42,828 bases of DNA, taken from positions 1-42,828 of IMG/VR virus record IMGVR_UViG_3300019872_000006; one strand, given 5' to 3'. The stretch is from a virus. Taxonomy: Duplodnaviria > Caudoviricetes. The translations under genes and the position numbers were made by a program. This document shows, piece by piece, positions 16,693 to 26,087 of this stretch (positions within the stretch are counted from its first letter, which is position 1; the number at the start of each line of letters is the position of its first letter). The notes under the pieces were generated by a model. It was not told where the DNA came from. It was given only the letters and a program-made list of their open reading frames with translations, and searched no databases.

Positions 16693-17026
16693 TTGGATTA
16701 ATCATCACCGATACACAGCAAAAGTACGTCGCACACTTCTAGGAGGAGGAGTTAAAGGTGTCAGTCAATACGACCTAAACCAAGCAGTCAGAACACGTTA
16801 CTTTAACGTATCCGACCTGCTCTTCATTCTTAACGAATGGGAAAAACGTCAATGGGTACAAAGGTTTAAAGTAAACAAATTGGCAAAGCGGCCGACCACC
16901 ATTTGGCGAGCGACCACTTTGCTTAGAGATAATTGGAACAACATCACTTTCGACAAACCGCTTCCAAGTCAACAAGATGCTACAGATGCTGTAGCCACAC
17001 CTATCACTGAGAAACGGGCGTTTTAA
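16685..17026 (+). CDS. Unannotated 113-aa ORF with probable ATC start; winged-helix-like
   Basis: AAGGAGGT RBS 6 nt before ATC; open frame IANWINHHRYTAKVRRTLL...GVSQYDLNQAVR...LLFILNEWEKRQWVQRFKV...RPTTIWRAT; in-frame stop just upstream. Confidence 0.65.
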   Translation: MANWINHHRYTAKVRRTLLGGGVKGVSQYDLNQAVRTRYFNVSDLLFILNEWEKRQWVQRFKVNKLAKRPTTIWRATTLLRDNWNNITFDKPLPSQQDATDAVATPITEKRAF

Positions 17027-20000
17027 AGTCCGACGGTACTAGTGGAGACAAATGTTTCTCCACATCGAACTGCACATTGGGAGGCAACATTCCATTTGCA
17101 TGGAGTGCTTGCGTCATCTTATCCTCTAATGACTTCACCAAACCCATCTGTTCGTCGACACTCTGTCCACGTTCTTGTTCCAAGTAATTGATTAGTTTGT
17201 TTACATCATTTCGTTTTCCTAAATCAATCTTCATACTGTTAATGAGCCGTTCCAACTTTGCAGGCTCACCGAGATCGAACTCTATTCCATTCAACGCCTT
17301 GTTGTATTCTTTGGAATTCATCTTAGGCTTGTTCGTCTCCAAATCATCCAAAGCAGTTGCATACCTATCCTGAGCACCCTTGATAACATTCTCCTGATAC
17401 TTGTGAAAGTTCGCCGCATTTCCAGCGGTGTACTGTCGCAACAGTCGAAGATTATTTGTCAGTGCTGAATAGTGAGATATAAGTCCTGTCATACCGTCAG
17501 AATTCGTGCCAATTGTAGCCTTGATCTGATCTCCAAACATTTTGAATACAGGGTTTGTAGGAACTGGTGTTAGATTTGGTCCCATCCTACTTACTGTTGT
17601 TGCATCGGGGTCGATCTGTGATCCTTCTGGCAATTTAGTGAGCTTACCAGAATTCCACCTGTCCTGCTTGTCAGGATTAAAGAACTCGTCATAAGCATCG
17701 AGAAAAGTATGTAGAGCATCGAGTTTACGTTCCTTCTCATTACTTTGTGGAGTGAACGAAGAAGTATTAGTTTTATACCCCATGAGGTTTTTAACGATCG
17801 GTATCTTTTTAGCCCATTGATATCCGAACTCCTTGGCAAATGCAGCAGGTCCACCTTCGTAGCCAGCAGCCGCAGAATTCATAACCAAGTCACTAACTCC
17901 ACCGAATGTACTTCTGATCATTTGATCTACATTCTGTGGAAGATAACCGACTTTCTTATCATCGAGTTTATAAACATCACTCCATGGAGTCATTACTGAC
18001 TGTGGAGCATGATATCCTGCAGCATTAAATGCCTGTGTAAGTGCTACTGGATAACCAAGCATTGAACCATTCTCAAGAATTGTCCCTGCAATATGCTTAA
18101 CTGCTTCTCCAACATCAGTATCACCACGAGACATGTGATATAATGCTGTAGAGAATGGGCTTGCCCAAGGTTGCATTTCCTGTGAAAGAGGTATTTCTAT
18201 CCCTTCTTCAGGAGGTCTACCGGGAATTCCTAGGTATATGGTCATTGCTTGGTCGTAAGCATTACGGTTCTTGAATGCGTGGTCGTTGTACTCCTTACCT
18301 AGCATCTCATTCCAGCCATAAGCACCGAGTGATGGCAATCCTACATACTTCCATGCTCTAAGGTTAGTGCCTACAGGGTCTGTAATGAACCCATTAGCCA
18401 ATCTCCTCAAGCCTTGTATCATTGGATTTGTGTATGGGATCATTTCACGACTAAGTTGTGCCCCTGCAGCAGTAGCCTTAGCCCCTAAGAGCCACGGCTT
18501 GTCAACAGCATCAGCATCAACCCTTTTACCACTAGCAAGATAGCCTCTACCACCTCTTCCGGTGTCGCCACTAGACAATCTTGCTTCGACTGCTGCTTCG
18601 TCGGGATTGAGGTGGTACTTATCAACTGACTGTCTAAATGCAGCCATTCTTGGAGAGTCGGAAATTGCTCCGAACATTCCTTCAATTCCATCCCACATAT
18701 GTCTGGCTGAATGTCCCAAAAAGTTGGCTCCGGGAACTTTTCCAGCAGTATCTGCGAGGGACTTTTTGACTTCTGCGATTGCACCTTTATAGCCTCCTGA
18801 CATAGCTGTTTTCATCAATGATGCGTCAACACCACCTTGGTTATTTGCCAATGCGAGCATTGAATTCTGATACGCGGAAGCCATCTTCTTTGCGAGATCG
18901 AACTTCTGTTGTGGAGGTAGAAACGGCACGGCTTGAAGTGAGTTATTCACGATATCTGACAATGCTTGGTTCAGTTTAGGATGTACCATTAGAGCTTGTG
19001 AAGCTTCACGTGAGAATTTACTAGCCATCATCGTAGGAACTTCAGCAAGTGTGCGAACAATTCCCGGTGTGCCGAGACCTTGTTGAGTAAGAACATTGCC
19101 CATGATCGCATCTCGGATCATGTTCACAGGTGCAAACGTCAAACCCATTGCACCAGTTGTACCCATCTCAAACATACGTTTCGTTGCATACAAAGCAGGC
19201 CACTGAGCGATATGTGGATCAAACTTTAACAAGTCGGCTTGTAGTTGTGAAGCTACGTATGGGGTTTTCACTCCATCCTTGTAGATATCAACCGTTCTAC
19301 CACCGTATTTACCAATCTCATCCTTAGCCAAAGGTCTCATTGTATTTTGCCCAAATGCCGATTTCTCCATGCCGTCGGCATACAACCCACGAACATCATT
19401 ATGCATCTTGGCTTGTAGTGCATTTTTGGTATAGTTGAGCAAAGTTTCAAATGAGTCCTGTCGACCTTGTAGTGTTGGAGCAACGGTGAGATCACGCTTG
19501 TGGAGAAACCAGTCATCGAGTTTGTTCTGATCCACAACCCTATCTGCATCGATCATTCGTGACCATAGAGGATCAGTTGGATCAATGCCGTGGATATCAA
19601 TTGGAACATAGTTAGCCCTCTCTTGCCCCAATGCTGCTAGTGCCTTTTGAGACAACATCGCATTAGGTCCTTGAGCAAGGAAGTCTCTTACAGCCCCTGT
19701 AGTCTTTCTATACTTATCAGCCATGTCGAGGGCAACTGGGGTACGTTGTGAGATAATGGCCATCGAGTTTTGTGCATCGTTGAGCTGTTGTTGCGATGCA
19801 GCAACGTCAATGTTCTGTGCAATGCGAAGTTTTAGATCATCGGTCATATCACCGAGCTTCACATACTGATCAACATCCTTCTGAGCCAGTGGAGGGAGGG
19901 TTTTATATTCGTAAAACAGTTGTTCTGGTGGAGTTGATACGACAAAGTGGCCTTGATTTGTGTCAAGTCTACCCGATTTTAGGGCATTATTGACCTTCAT

Positions 20001-20786
20001 CATGCCTGTTAGCTGTGTATCATTGTTGATTTGTGACTTCACCTGCTGCAAATTTGGAACACCAGCACGTTCAGCAATGTCTCCAAGAGCACTTTTGTCA
20101 TCGAGAACATAGGTTTTATACAAATCCTTAGCTTTTTCGAGAGTTTCCAAGTCCTTAGGAGCATCCATTCCGGTACCAAAAACCTTCTTTACCGTTGGAG
20201 GTTGCGGTGCCTTCGTGAATTTCATTGCAGATTTTACAATTGCTGGTAGTGGTATACCAGAAGATGGTTGAAAACCGGGAATTGCATTAGCAAACATCTG
20301 CCCACCCGCTCCTGCTCCTTTCATAACCGATGGAATTGTTACTGTACCAGCAATTGCGGTACTATCACCGATCTGTTGTGGAGTTACATCCGGTACGCCT
20401 TGAGAGAAATCCTGTCCACGACCACTATCAATGAAACTCATCATAGCGTTTACAGGCTCTGTAACCAACTTCGGCAATGCAGGGACAAGATTTCCTTGTG
20501 CATCCTTTGCAACTGGGAGTAGATTACTCCTCTGCAATTCAGGAGGTGGCAAGATTGGCTGTTCATGAGGAGGAATAGACATATCAACCGGTGCTACTAC
20601 AGGGTCTGTAGCTACTGGTGTTGGTGGTGCAATAGGATTATTGGCCTGTTCGTACAACTGTGACTGTACTGCATCAGGCAAGTCTTGAAGCCTCTTCGGA
20701 TCAGGTTGCTGATCCATCGTGACATTATAGTTTGTAGCATCAGCTTCGGCCTTACCGATGAGAGCTTCAAGTTCTTGCAGGTTCAT
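17004..20786 (-). CDS. Large internal virion (ejection) protein
   Basis: 1260 aa; last gene of the late operon, after smaller ejection-like proteins. Confidence 0.7.
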   Translation of the reverse strand: MNLQELEALIGKAEADATNYNVTMDQQPDPKRLQDLPDAVQSQLYEQANNPIAPPTPVATDPVVAPVDMSIPPHEQPILPPPELQRSNLLPVAKDAQGNLVPALPKLVTEPVNAMMSFIDSGRGQDFSQGVPDVTPQQIGDSTAIAGTVTIPSVMKGAGAGGQMFANAIPGFQPSSGIPLPAIVKSAMKFTKAPQPPTVKKVFGTGMDAPKDLETLEKAKDLYKTYVLDDKSALGDIAERAGVPNLQQVKSQINNDTQLTGMMKVNNALKSGRLDTNQGHFVVSTPPEQLFYEYKTLPPLAQKDVDQYVKLGDMTDDLKLRIAQNIDVAASQQQLNDAQNSMAIISQRTPVALDMADKYRKTTGAVRDFLAQGPNAMLSQKALAALGQERANYVPIDIHGIDPTDPLWSRMIDADRVVDQNKLDDWFLHKRDLTVAPTLQGRQDSFETLLNYTKNALQAKMHNDVRGLYADGMEKSAFGQNTMRPLAKDEIGKYGGRTVDIYKDGVKTPYVASQLQADLLKFDPHIAQWPALYATKRMFEMGTTGAMGLTFAPVNMIRDAIMGNVLTQQGLGTPGIVRTLAEVPTMMASKFSREASQALMVHPKLNQALSDIVNNSLQAVPFLPPQQKFDLAKKMASAYQNSMLALANNQGGVDASLMKTAMSGGYKGAIAEVKKSLADTAGKVPGANFLGHSARHMWDGIEGMFGAISDSPRMAAFRQSVDKYHLNPDEAAVEARLSSGDTGRGGRGYLASGKRVDADAVDKPWLLGAKATAAGAQLSREMIPYTNPMIQGLRRLANGFITDPVGTNLRAWKYVGLPSLGAYGWNEMLGKEYNDHAFKNRNAYDQAMTIYLGIPGRPPEEGIEIPLSQEMQPWASPFSTALYHMSRGDTDVGEAVKHIAGTILENGSMLGYPVALTQAFNAAGYHAPQSVMTPWSDVYKLDDKKVGYLPQNVDQMIRSTFGGVSDLVMNSAAAGYEGGPAAFAKEFGYQWAKKIPIVKNLMGYKTNTSSFTPQSNEKERKLDALHTFLDAYDEFFNPDKQDRWNSGKLTKLPEGSQIDPDATTVSRMGPNLTPVPTNPVFKMFGDQIKATIGTNSDGMTGLISHYSALTNNLRLLRQYTAGNAANFHKYQENVIKGAQDRYATALDDLETNKPKMNSKEYNKALNGIEFDLGEPAKLERLINSMKIDLGKRNDVNKLINYLEQERGQSVDEQMGLVKSLEDKMTQALHANGMLPPNVQFDVEKHLSPLVPSDFKTPVSQ

Positions 20787-20790
20787 AATA

Positions 20791-21759
20791 TCACCATAGT
20801 CCTGTTTGAGCTCCCGGTTTCGATGGGAACTGTTTCATTTGGAACATGTACAACTGCTGTCTCAGTTTATCCTGTTCAGTTTGTGCATCTTGAGCACCCT
20901 TAAGACCACTCAATATACTCGAAGGATCAAACTGAGTATTTGCAGTACTAGCTCCTACCCTTGCAAGTGCTGCTTGAGTAGATGCATTACCCTGTTGTAG
21001 AACCCCACTCAACTGTTGCAAAGCAGTATCAGCACGACCGGTCAAATCACTATTAATACTGGACCCCTGTACAGGGCTTGTAGTTGTCTTATCTGCAATC
21101 CCCTTGAGCGTCGAAAGCCAATCCAATTTCGGTTGATCATTTGCTTGTGTTTCTTGGTGATAGTTCTGTCGACCAAGTTGATCCGCCTTAGTATTAACAT
21201 CCGCAAGTGAGTTTGCAAATTCGTCTCCGGCCTTCTTATAAACCGCCCCTACATTGCTGCTTGAACCCGTTCTCAACAACTGCTGAGCAAGAAGGTTGGC
21301 TGCACTATCCAGTCCTTCTTTCCTGCTATTCATTAATTGAGTGCGTGCATTTGCAATGTAATTCGCCTCAGTATCCTGTGGTCGATATTTATATTTGTTA
21401 TATTCTTGTTCGAAGTCGTCAGCAGCGACCTTGGATCGATCATCCATTCGTACTGCCGCAGCACGGTTACGCGGTGCATCTTGCGTGAGACTTGCCAATC
21501 GCTCTTTTTGATCGGCGGATAGTTCTGACTTAGATTGCGGAGTGAGTTGGTAAGACCAACCTTGTCCGGGGACATATACCAATTTATTGCCAAGAGCGTC
21601 ACCCCGAGGAGCTGTTTGTAGCTCCTCTTGTTTTCGAGTGTTAGCTTCGGAGTCAAGAACAGCTCGCCAATTGATATTGTTGGCTTGCTGTTGCTGGCCC
21701 ATGTTTGCAATTGCAGATATGCCACCAATCCCCGCAGAAAGTAGGGATAACGGATCCAT
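20791..21759 (-). CDS. Internal virion / DNA-transfer protein
   Basis: MDPLSLLSAGIGGIS N-terminus, Q/A-rich helical composition, synteny. Confidence 0.65.
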   Translation of the reverse strand: MDPLSLLSAGIGGISAIANMGQQQQANNINWRAVLDSEANTRKQEELQTAPRGDALGNKLVYVPGQGWSYQLTPQSKSELSADQKERLASLTQDAPRNRAAAVRMDDRSKVAADDFEQEYNKYKYRPQDTEANYIANARTQLMNSRKEGLDSAANLLAQQLLRTGSSSNVGAVYKKAGDEFANSLADVNTKADQLGRQNYHQETQANDQPKLDWLSTLKGIADKTTTSPVQGSSINSDLTGRADTALQQLSGVLQQGNASTQAALARVGASTANTQFDPSSILSGLKGAQDAQTEQDKLRQQLYMFQMKQFPSKPGAQTGLW

Positions 21760-22202
21760 TATTGGCCTCCCATGATCTTCTGAAGTAGCATTTGACGCGG
21801 ATCTTGTGAAGGCATTGGTCCATTAGTTGGAGGAGCTACAGGAGGACCACCTTGTGGGGCTGCTTCTTGTGCTGCTACAGGACCTGTAGAGCCTTGAACA
21901 GTACTAATTACCGCAAAACGATCATTGGGTTTAAGAGTTTCCCAAAGTTTTGCAAGTTCAGGACTTGGCTGTGGCAACCCTGCTGCTTGAAACGCATCAA
22001 CGGCAGGCATTGTAACCATTTGTGACAAATCTGGTCCTGCTTCGTTGGCATCAGCTGCAGCTGATTCATTATCTGCACCATCATTAGGCTCGCCCATCTT
22101 CTGCATAAGCTGCGTTTCGACATCGTTCTGTGCTGCCACTTCGGCACTATTCTTTGAACGACTAGGGGAAACTCGTGCTGTCTTCTTACTTGCTTTAGCC
22201 AT
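21759..22202 (-). CDS. Hypothetical virion-region protein, P/Q-rich
   Basis: AAGGAG RBS; TAATG coupling. Confidence 0.7.
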   Translation of the reverse strand: MAKASKKTARVSPSRSKNSAEVAAQNDVETQLMQKMGEPNDGADNESAAADANEAGPDLSQMVTMPAVDAFQAAGLPQPSPELAKLWETLKPNDRFAVISTVQGSTGPVAAQEAAPQGGPPVAPPTNGPMPSQDPRQMLLQKIMGGQ

Positions 22203-22214
22203 AGTCGTATCTCC

Positions 22215-23117
22215 TTAGAATGGTGAAGTGGTTTGTGTTGTGTCGTCTTTCTTAGTATCATCGAAGATACCAGCAATTGCAGCAGGATTAAATGCTGTAT
22301 TCTGAGCACCTTGTGATGCACCCGCAACACCAGCCAATCCACTTGTAGAGAACAGATCAGTAGGAGCAGCAGCTTTCAAGCTATCTCCAAGTTTGCCCAA
22401 CCAACCAGTGAAGTCAGTATCTACTGTTCCTTGGTAGGAATAAGGATCGAAGACATCTCCAAGATCAAGAGTTGAAGCCTTCGAACGTCCTCCATTGATA
22501 ATGTTGTTGAGCTTTGTACGCTCTCCTTCAAGGAGTCCAGATCCGATAGTATCAAGTTTTGATTGCGCACCAGCTGTTTGACCGTTAACATTATTCAGTG
22601 CCCCATTATAACCAGACTGTGTAATAACTCCACGATCAAGCAAGTTCTTTACATATTGTGTAGCTGTGTTCTTTTGATCACCGAGAATACCGGCAATAGC
22701 ACTATCATCGAGTTCATTACCAACTCGTTTGGTGCTATAATCATCACTGAACTGAGAATTAATTGCTCTCAGTGCTTTGTTTTGTTCAGCAGCCTGTTGA
22801 GCCTTATAGACTTGATCACCAAGATCACTGAAATACGTTCCCGGTGCTGCATCGCCCTGTGGAACTGACCCACGAGTATTGTTTGCTGCACTAGTGATTG
22901 CCCCCATGTAGTCATCAGGGTTCAATCCTCGTTGTGTGAAAAAGTCTCTAGCTGAACTAATGCCAGTATTATAACTGTTCCCCAATTGACCTTCAAACGC
23001 CGCCTTATCAGCAGCCGCCTTTGCATCGGCAGTGACTTGTGCATCTCGTGCCGCTTGGGCATTAATTGCTGCTACCTTGTCACTTTTGTCTTCTGGTGCT
23101 TTACCGCCACCACACAT
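22215..23117 (-). CDS. Internal virion protein
   Basis: MCGGGKAP start, typical of podovirus ejection proteins that follow a GNAT gene; GGAGG RBS. Confidence 0.7.
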   Translation of the reverse strand: MCGGGKAPEDKSDKVAAINAQAARDAQVTADAKAAADKAAFEGQLGNSYNTGISSARDFFTQRGLNPDDYMGAITSAANNTRGSVPQGDAAPGTYFSDLGDQVYKAQQAAEQNKALRAINSQFSDDYSTKRVGNELDDSAIAGILGDQKNTATQYVKNLLDRGVITQSGYNGALNNVNGQTAGAQSKLDTIGSGLLEGERTKLNNIINGGRSKASTLDLGDVFDPYSYQGTVDTDFTGWLGKLGDSLKAAAPTDLFSTSGLAGVAGASQGAQNTAFNPAAIAGIFDDTKKDDTTQTTSPF

Positions 23118-23118
23118 A

Positions 23119-23571
23119 TTAAACCTCCATGGAATAGATTGAACCGAGTGGCTTAAAGCCAACATATTCACAGAGTTTGTTAAACTTTTCAGTCTTCACC
23201 CCTGTCGTACTAGCTAAGCGGATTTCTCTCAATCCACGATCTTTACCCCATTGGATATAGCTGGCTACAAGCTCTGTAGCTAGGCGTAACGATCTCTTGC
23301 TTTCAGATATGTAGAAAAGCAAATCCATTCCGTATACTTCGTTGCTGAATGTATACGAACATACAGTAGCACACAAACCACCAACAACTTTATCATTATC
23401 ATCCACGGCAACATTACAAAAAAACGACTTAGAGTTAATATTATGCTTTAACAGCAAAGATATCTTCTCACGGTCATAAAGTATGTCTTTAAATGTCACA
23501 CTTTCTTTCAAAAACATTCCTAATTGAGTAGTCATCACTTCAAGATCGCCGAGAGTATATCTCCTGATCAT
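23119..23571 (-). CDS. GNAT-family acetyltransferase-like protein
   Basis: IRRYT..D start, FYI...RS..LA..L, GF..LG end; typical position in podovirus late operons. Confidence 0.75.
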   Translation of the reverse strand: MIRRYTLGDLEVMTTQLGMFLKESVTFKDILYDREKISLLLKHNINSKSFFCNVAVDDNDKVVGGLCATVCSYTFSNEVYGMDLLFYISESKRSLRLATELVASYIQWGKDRGLREIRLASTTGVKTEKFNKLCEYVGFKPLGSIYSMEV

Positions 23572-24110
23572 GACTTGTTCCTTCTATAGTAAGCCCGAAC
23601 AATCGTAAATCCCGGCTCAGGTAGTAATCCACACTTTGAACTTTCCTGCTCAATAAAAGGAACAACTTTGATTTGCCTACCTTGTCCACTATCACCAATT
23701 GGTACAAAGTATCTGCTAAACAAGTTGCATCCATATTCAACGTCACTCCTTACAAGAGCATTGCCGTACGGAATGGCATCACTGACAGGTACACGTACAA
23801 TATATTGGACCCTTTTATCAGCAATTACTTCTTTCTCTTCTTCTTGAGCCAGATACTGTACTCCATCATTGCCAACAATAATCCTGCGAATACGTACATT
23901 ACAGGACTTACTGAATGATAAATCGAAGGAGAGAAAGAAATATCCACCGCGAACAACCTCCTTAGGATATTGTGTTTGTGAAAAGATTGTAACCGTTGGC
24001 GGAGACTGCAAAAGGAACATGTAACCGGCGTATATAAATGCACCTGTTAGAATTGTCATGAGTAGCCACTCTGTACGTTTACCACGCCAGCGTAATCTAA
24101 ACTGTCTCAT
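23568..24110 (-). CDS. Membrane-anchored protein
   Basis: GGAGG RBS; one N-terminal TM helix. Confidence 0.7.
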   Translation of the reverse strand: MRQFRLRWRGKRTEWLLMTILTGAFIYAGYMFLLQSPPTVTIFSQTQYPKEVVRGGYFFLSFDLSFSKSCNVRIRRIIVGNDGVQYLAQEEEKEVIADKRVQYIVRVPVSDAIPYGNALVRSDVEYGCNLFSRYFVPIGDSGQGRQIKVVPFIEQESSKCGLLPEPGFTIVRAYYRRNKS

Positions 24111-24111
24111 A

Positions 24112-24417
24112 CTACTTTCCTCCGAAAAAGAGTTTCCAAGCTCCTGCAACAGAAATCACAATACCTGCAATTACTCCTGCTCGAAGAAACATAGTGCCAA
24201 TCCATCCTAAATGATTGGCTGTCGAAACCATTTTGCTAATTGCAATTTGTTCTTCAACTAGCGTGTACAAACTGCGTCTTTTGAGAGGATCACTAAAGGA
24301 CTCGGCTAGCTTGTTTAGTGCTTCTTTTTCTTCTGGTGCTAACCGTTGCCAGTCCTTTATATGTTTAGCATCCTCATCGCTGAGAACGATGCGTTGCATT
24401 GCCTTCACCTCGATCAC
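24112..24417 (-). CDS. Membrane protein, possibly holin-like
   Basis: C-terminal TM helix. Confidence 0.6.
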   Translation of the reverse strand: MIEVKAMQRIVLSDEDAKHIKDWQRLAPEEKEALNKLAESFSDPLKRRSLYTLVEEQIAISKMVSTANHLGWIGTMFLRAGVIAGIVISVAGAWKLFFGGK

Positions 24418-24440
24418 TTCCCGCCCTTACCCATGCTAGA

Positions 24441-24473
24441 GAAAATTGCCCTACAGGTTCTGTAGGGCAATAG
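24441..24473 (-). terminator. Rho-independent terminator centred on a palindrome copy
   Basis: - strand ATTGCCCTACAG-AAC-CTGTAGGGCAAT-TTT, right after stop 24478. Confidence 0.75.
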
Positions 24474-24477
24474 TTAT

Positions 24478-24840
24478 TCAGGGAGTTGGTGGCTTCTTAG
24501 CCTTTAGTCGACCATAGATTGTAATCGCTGCTCCAACAAGTGGAATGCCAAGTGTTGGGATCATGACTGCCATTGATGCAGACAAGGTTACCCCAAGCAT
24601 GTTGAGAAGAATGCCAATGATAACTACGAACTGTCCCCATAGTACCTTACTCTGATACCAAGGTTCGTTGTTTGTTGCATTAAGCAAAGTAGGCAAAATG
24701 CCATTAACAACTGCATCGATAATCTTGGTAGCTGCCGACATGTTTGCGTCGACTTCTGGCTTAGCAATTGTTGTTACAACTGCCGACTGTACTTGTTGAG
24801 TAACAGTTTTTTCTAGTTGGGTAGTGTTCGTATCAGCCAT
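24478..24840 (-). CDS. Holin-like membrane protein
   Basis: PWYQSK-x2-W, two TM helices, IYGR tail; lies in the lysis cluster. Confidence 0.65.
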   Translation of the reverse strand: MADTNTTQLEKTVTQQVQSAVVTTIAKPEVDANMSAATKIIDAVVNGILPTLLNATNNEPWYQSKVLWGQFVVIIGILLNMLGVTLSASMAVMIPTLGIPLVGAAITIYGRLKAKKPPTP

Positions 24841-25180
24841 TTTCGGCTACCTTTGCCTCTCGCAGGGCCTGCATAATTACACCATAAGCCTGTGCAATTC
24901 GAATGCTGGCAGTCACTGCTGTTACATGAGAAGGATCATTGCAGAGAACTTCAACACCTGCAAATGCTGCACCTTCCTTGATCACAGTTGCATTCTTGAT
25001 CTTGCCAGTAGCGGCAACAGCACTGAAGGCGATGTGAGAAATCTCAATGGCGGAACATACTTTCGGCAGGTTCTGTTGAATAGCCACGTCAACTTTTGTG
25101 GCATTTGCTGTAGTACAAGCACTGGCTACAAGCCCTGTAGCAAGAAGCAGTGCAATGGTTAGTACAGTTTTCATGTCCAT
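24833..25180 (-). CDS. Lipoprotein in lysis cluster (possible spanin component)
   Basis: Signal peptide with lipobox ASA-C; GAGG RBS. Confidence 0.65.
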   Translation of the reverse strand: MDMKTVLTIALLLATGLVASACTTANATKVDVAIQQNLPKVCSAIEISHIAFSAVAATGKIKNATVIKEGAAFAGVEVLCNDPSHVTAVTASIRIAQAYGVIMQALREAKVAENG

Positions 25181-25184
25181 TCCT

Positions 25185-25643
25185 CTATTTTGTGTATGGT
25201 TGACACAGTTTTGCGTAGTCTCTCCAATGATGGAGTTCATAGTGGCCCGTATCCCACGCATCACTGGTAGTTTTTGAGCCGTCCATATTGAAGTCTCCAC
25301 CCCAACGAAGCACAACGACCTTACCATCGATTGGTGAGATAAGATTGAGCTTCTTTGGGATTGCGAGGATTACCTTAGACAAGTTGATAAACGACTGTTT
25401 ATTGTTCCAGTCATAAGGTGCAGGAAACAAATCCATAGCGATAGAAGGTTTCCAGTTATGTGCAGATTGACCAAAGTGAACTTTCGAAGTTCCATTAGCA
25501 AAGAACTTTTCCTGTTCTGCCTTGGTACGGCTGCCATCAAGGATCATAAAATCGATTATTTTGATTGCTTCATCCACAATCTTTTCGAGAAGTGGATGAA
25601 GCTCGGAACGATTTTTGAGACTTTCACTTCCAAAGTGGAACAT
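25185..25643 (-). CDS. Endolysin, M15 L-Ala-D-Glu peptidase
   Basis: G-x-RT...Q, SAH, AMD, RWGGDF, D-x2-HYEL zinc-peptidase motifs. Confidence 0.9.
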   Translation of the reverse strand: MFHFGSESLKNRSELHPLLEKIVDEAIKIIDFMILDGSRTKAEQEKFFANGTSKVHFGQSAHNWKPSIAMDLFPAPYDWNNKQSFINLSKVILAIPKKLNLISPIDGKVVVLRWGGDFNMDGSKTTSDAWDTGHYELHHWRDYAKLCQPYTK

Positions 25644-26087
25644 TTAAATCACCGGTTGAGTTGTTAGAAGGGTTTGGTATGCATTAACCCAAATTGGAGA
25701 AACGATTGTTTGCCAATCAACTCCGTATACTTTGGGCATTACCAGATTAACGACAATCATGTCCCATGTGAATTCAGTTGAATTGTTAAACTGATTTCGA
25801 CATGTAAGTTTTTTCGACGTTGGAGTAACAGTTTCAATTGCTGCAATAAAAGGATCAAGTTTTCCTTCATTCTCCAACATTGTATAAAACTGATCTGGTG
25901 TAAGTGGTGTAATTATCGGTGTTAATACAGGAGCTGTATAAGGAGTTATAACATTCCCTTCAGCTTCCCATTCATAAAGTTCCTGCCGATCTCGATTAGC
26001 AGGGTCATCAGGAACAAATTTAATATCACCATCGTCAGTTACTACTTTGATAGATGAACTATCAATCCATTCTGCTGAAATAATCAT
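25644..26087 (-). CDS. Probable tail-fibre assembly chaperone
   Basis: VPDDPANRD-x-Q...WEAEGN motif; directly downstream of the fibre gene. Confidence 0.7.
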   Translation of the reverse strand: MIISAEWIDSSSIKVVTDDGDIKFVPDDPANRDRQELYEWEAEGNVITPYTAPVLTPIITPLTPDQFYTMLENEGKLDPFIAAIETVTPTSKKLTCRNQFNNSTEFTWDMIVVNLVMPKVYGVDWQTIVSPIWVNAYQTLLTTQPVI

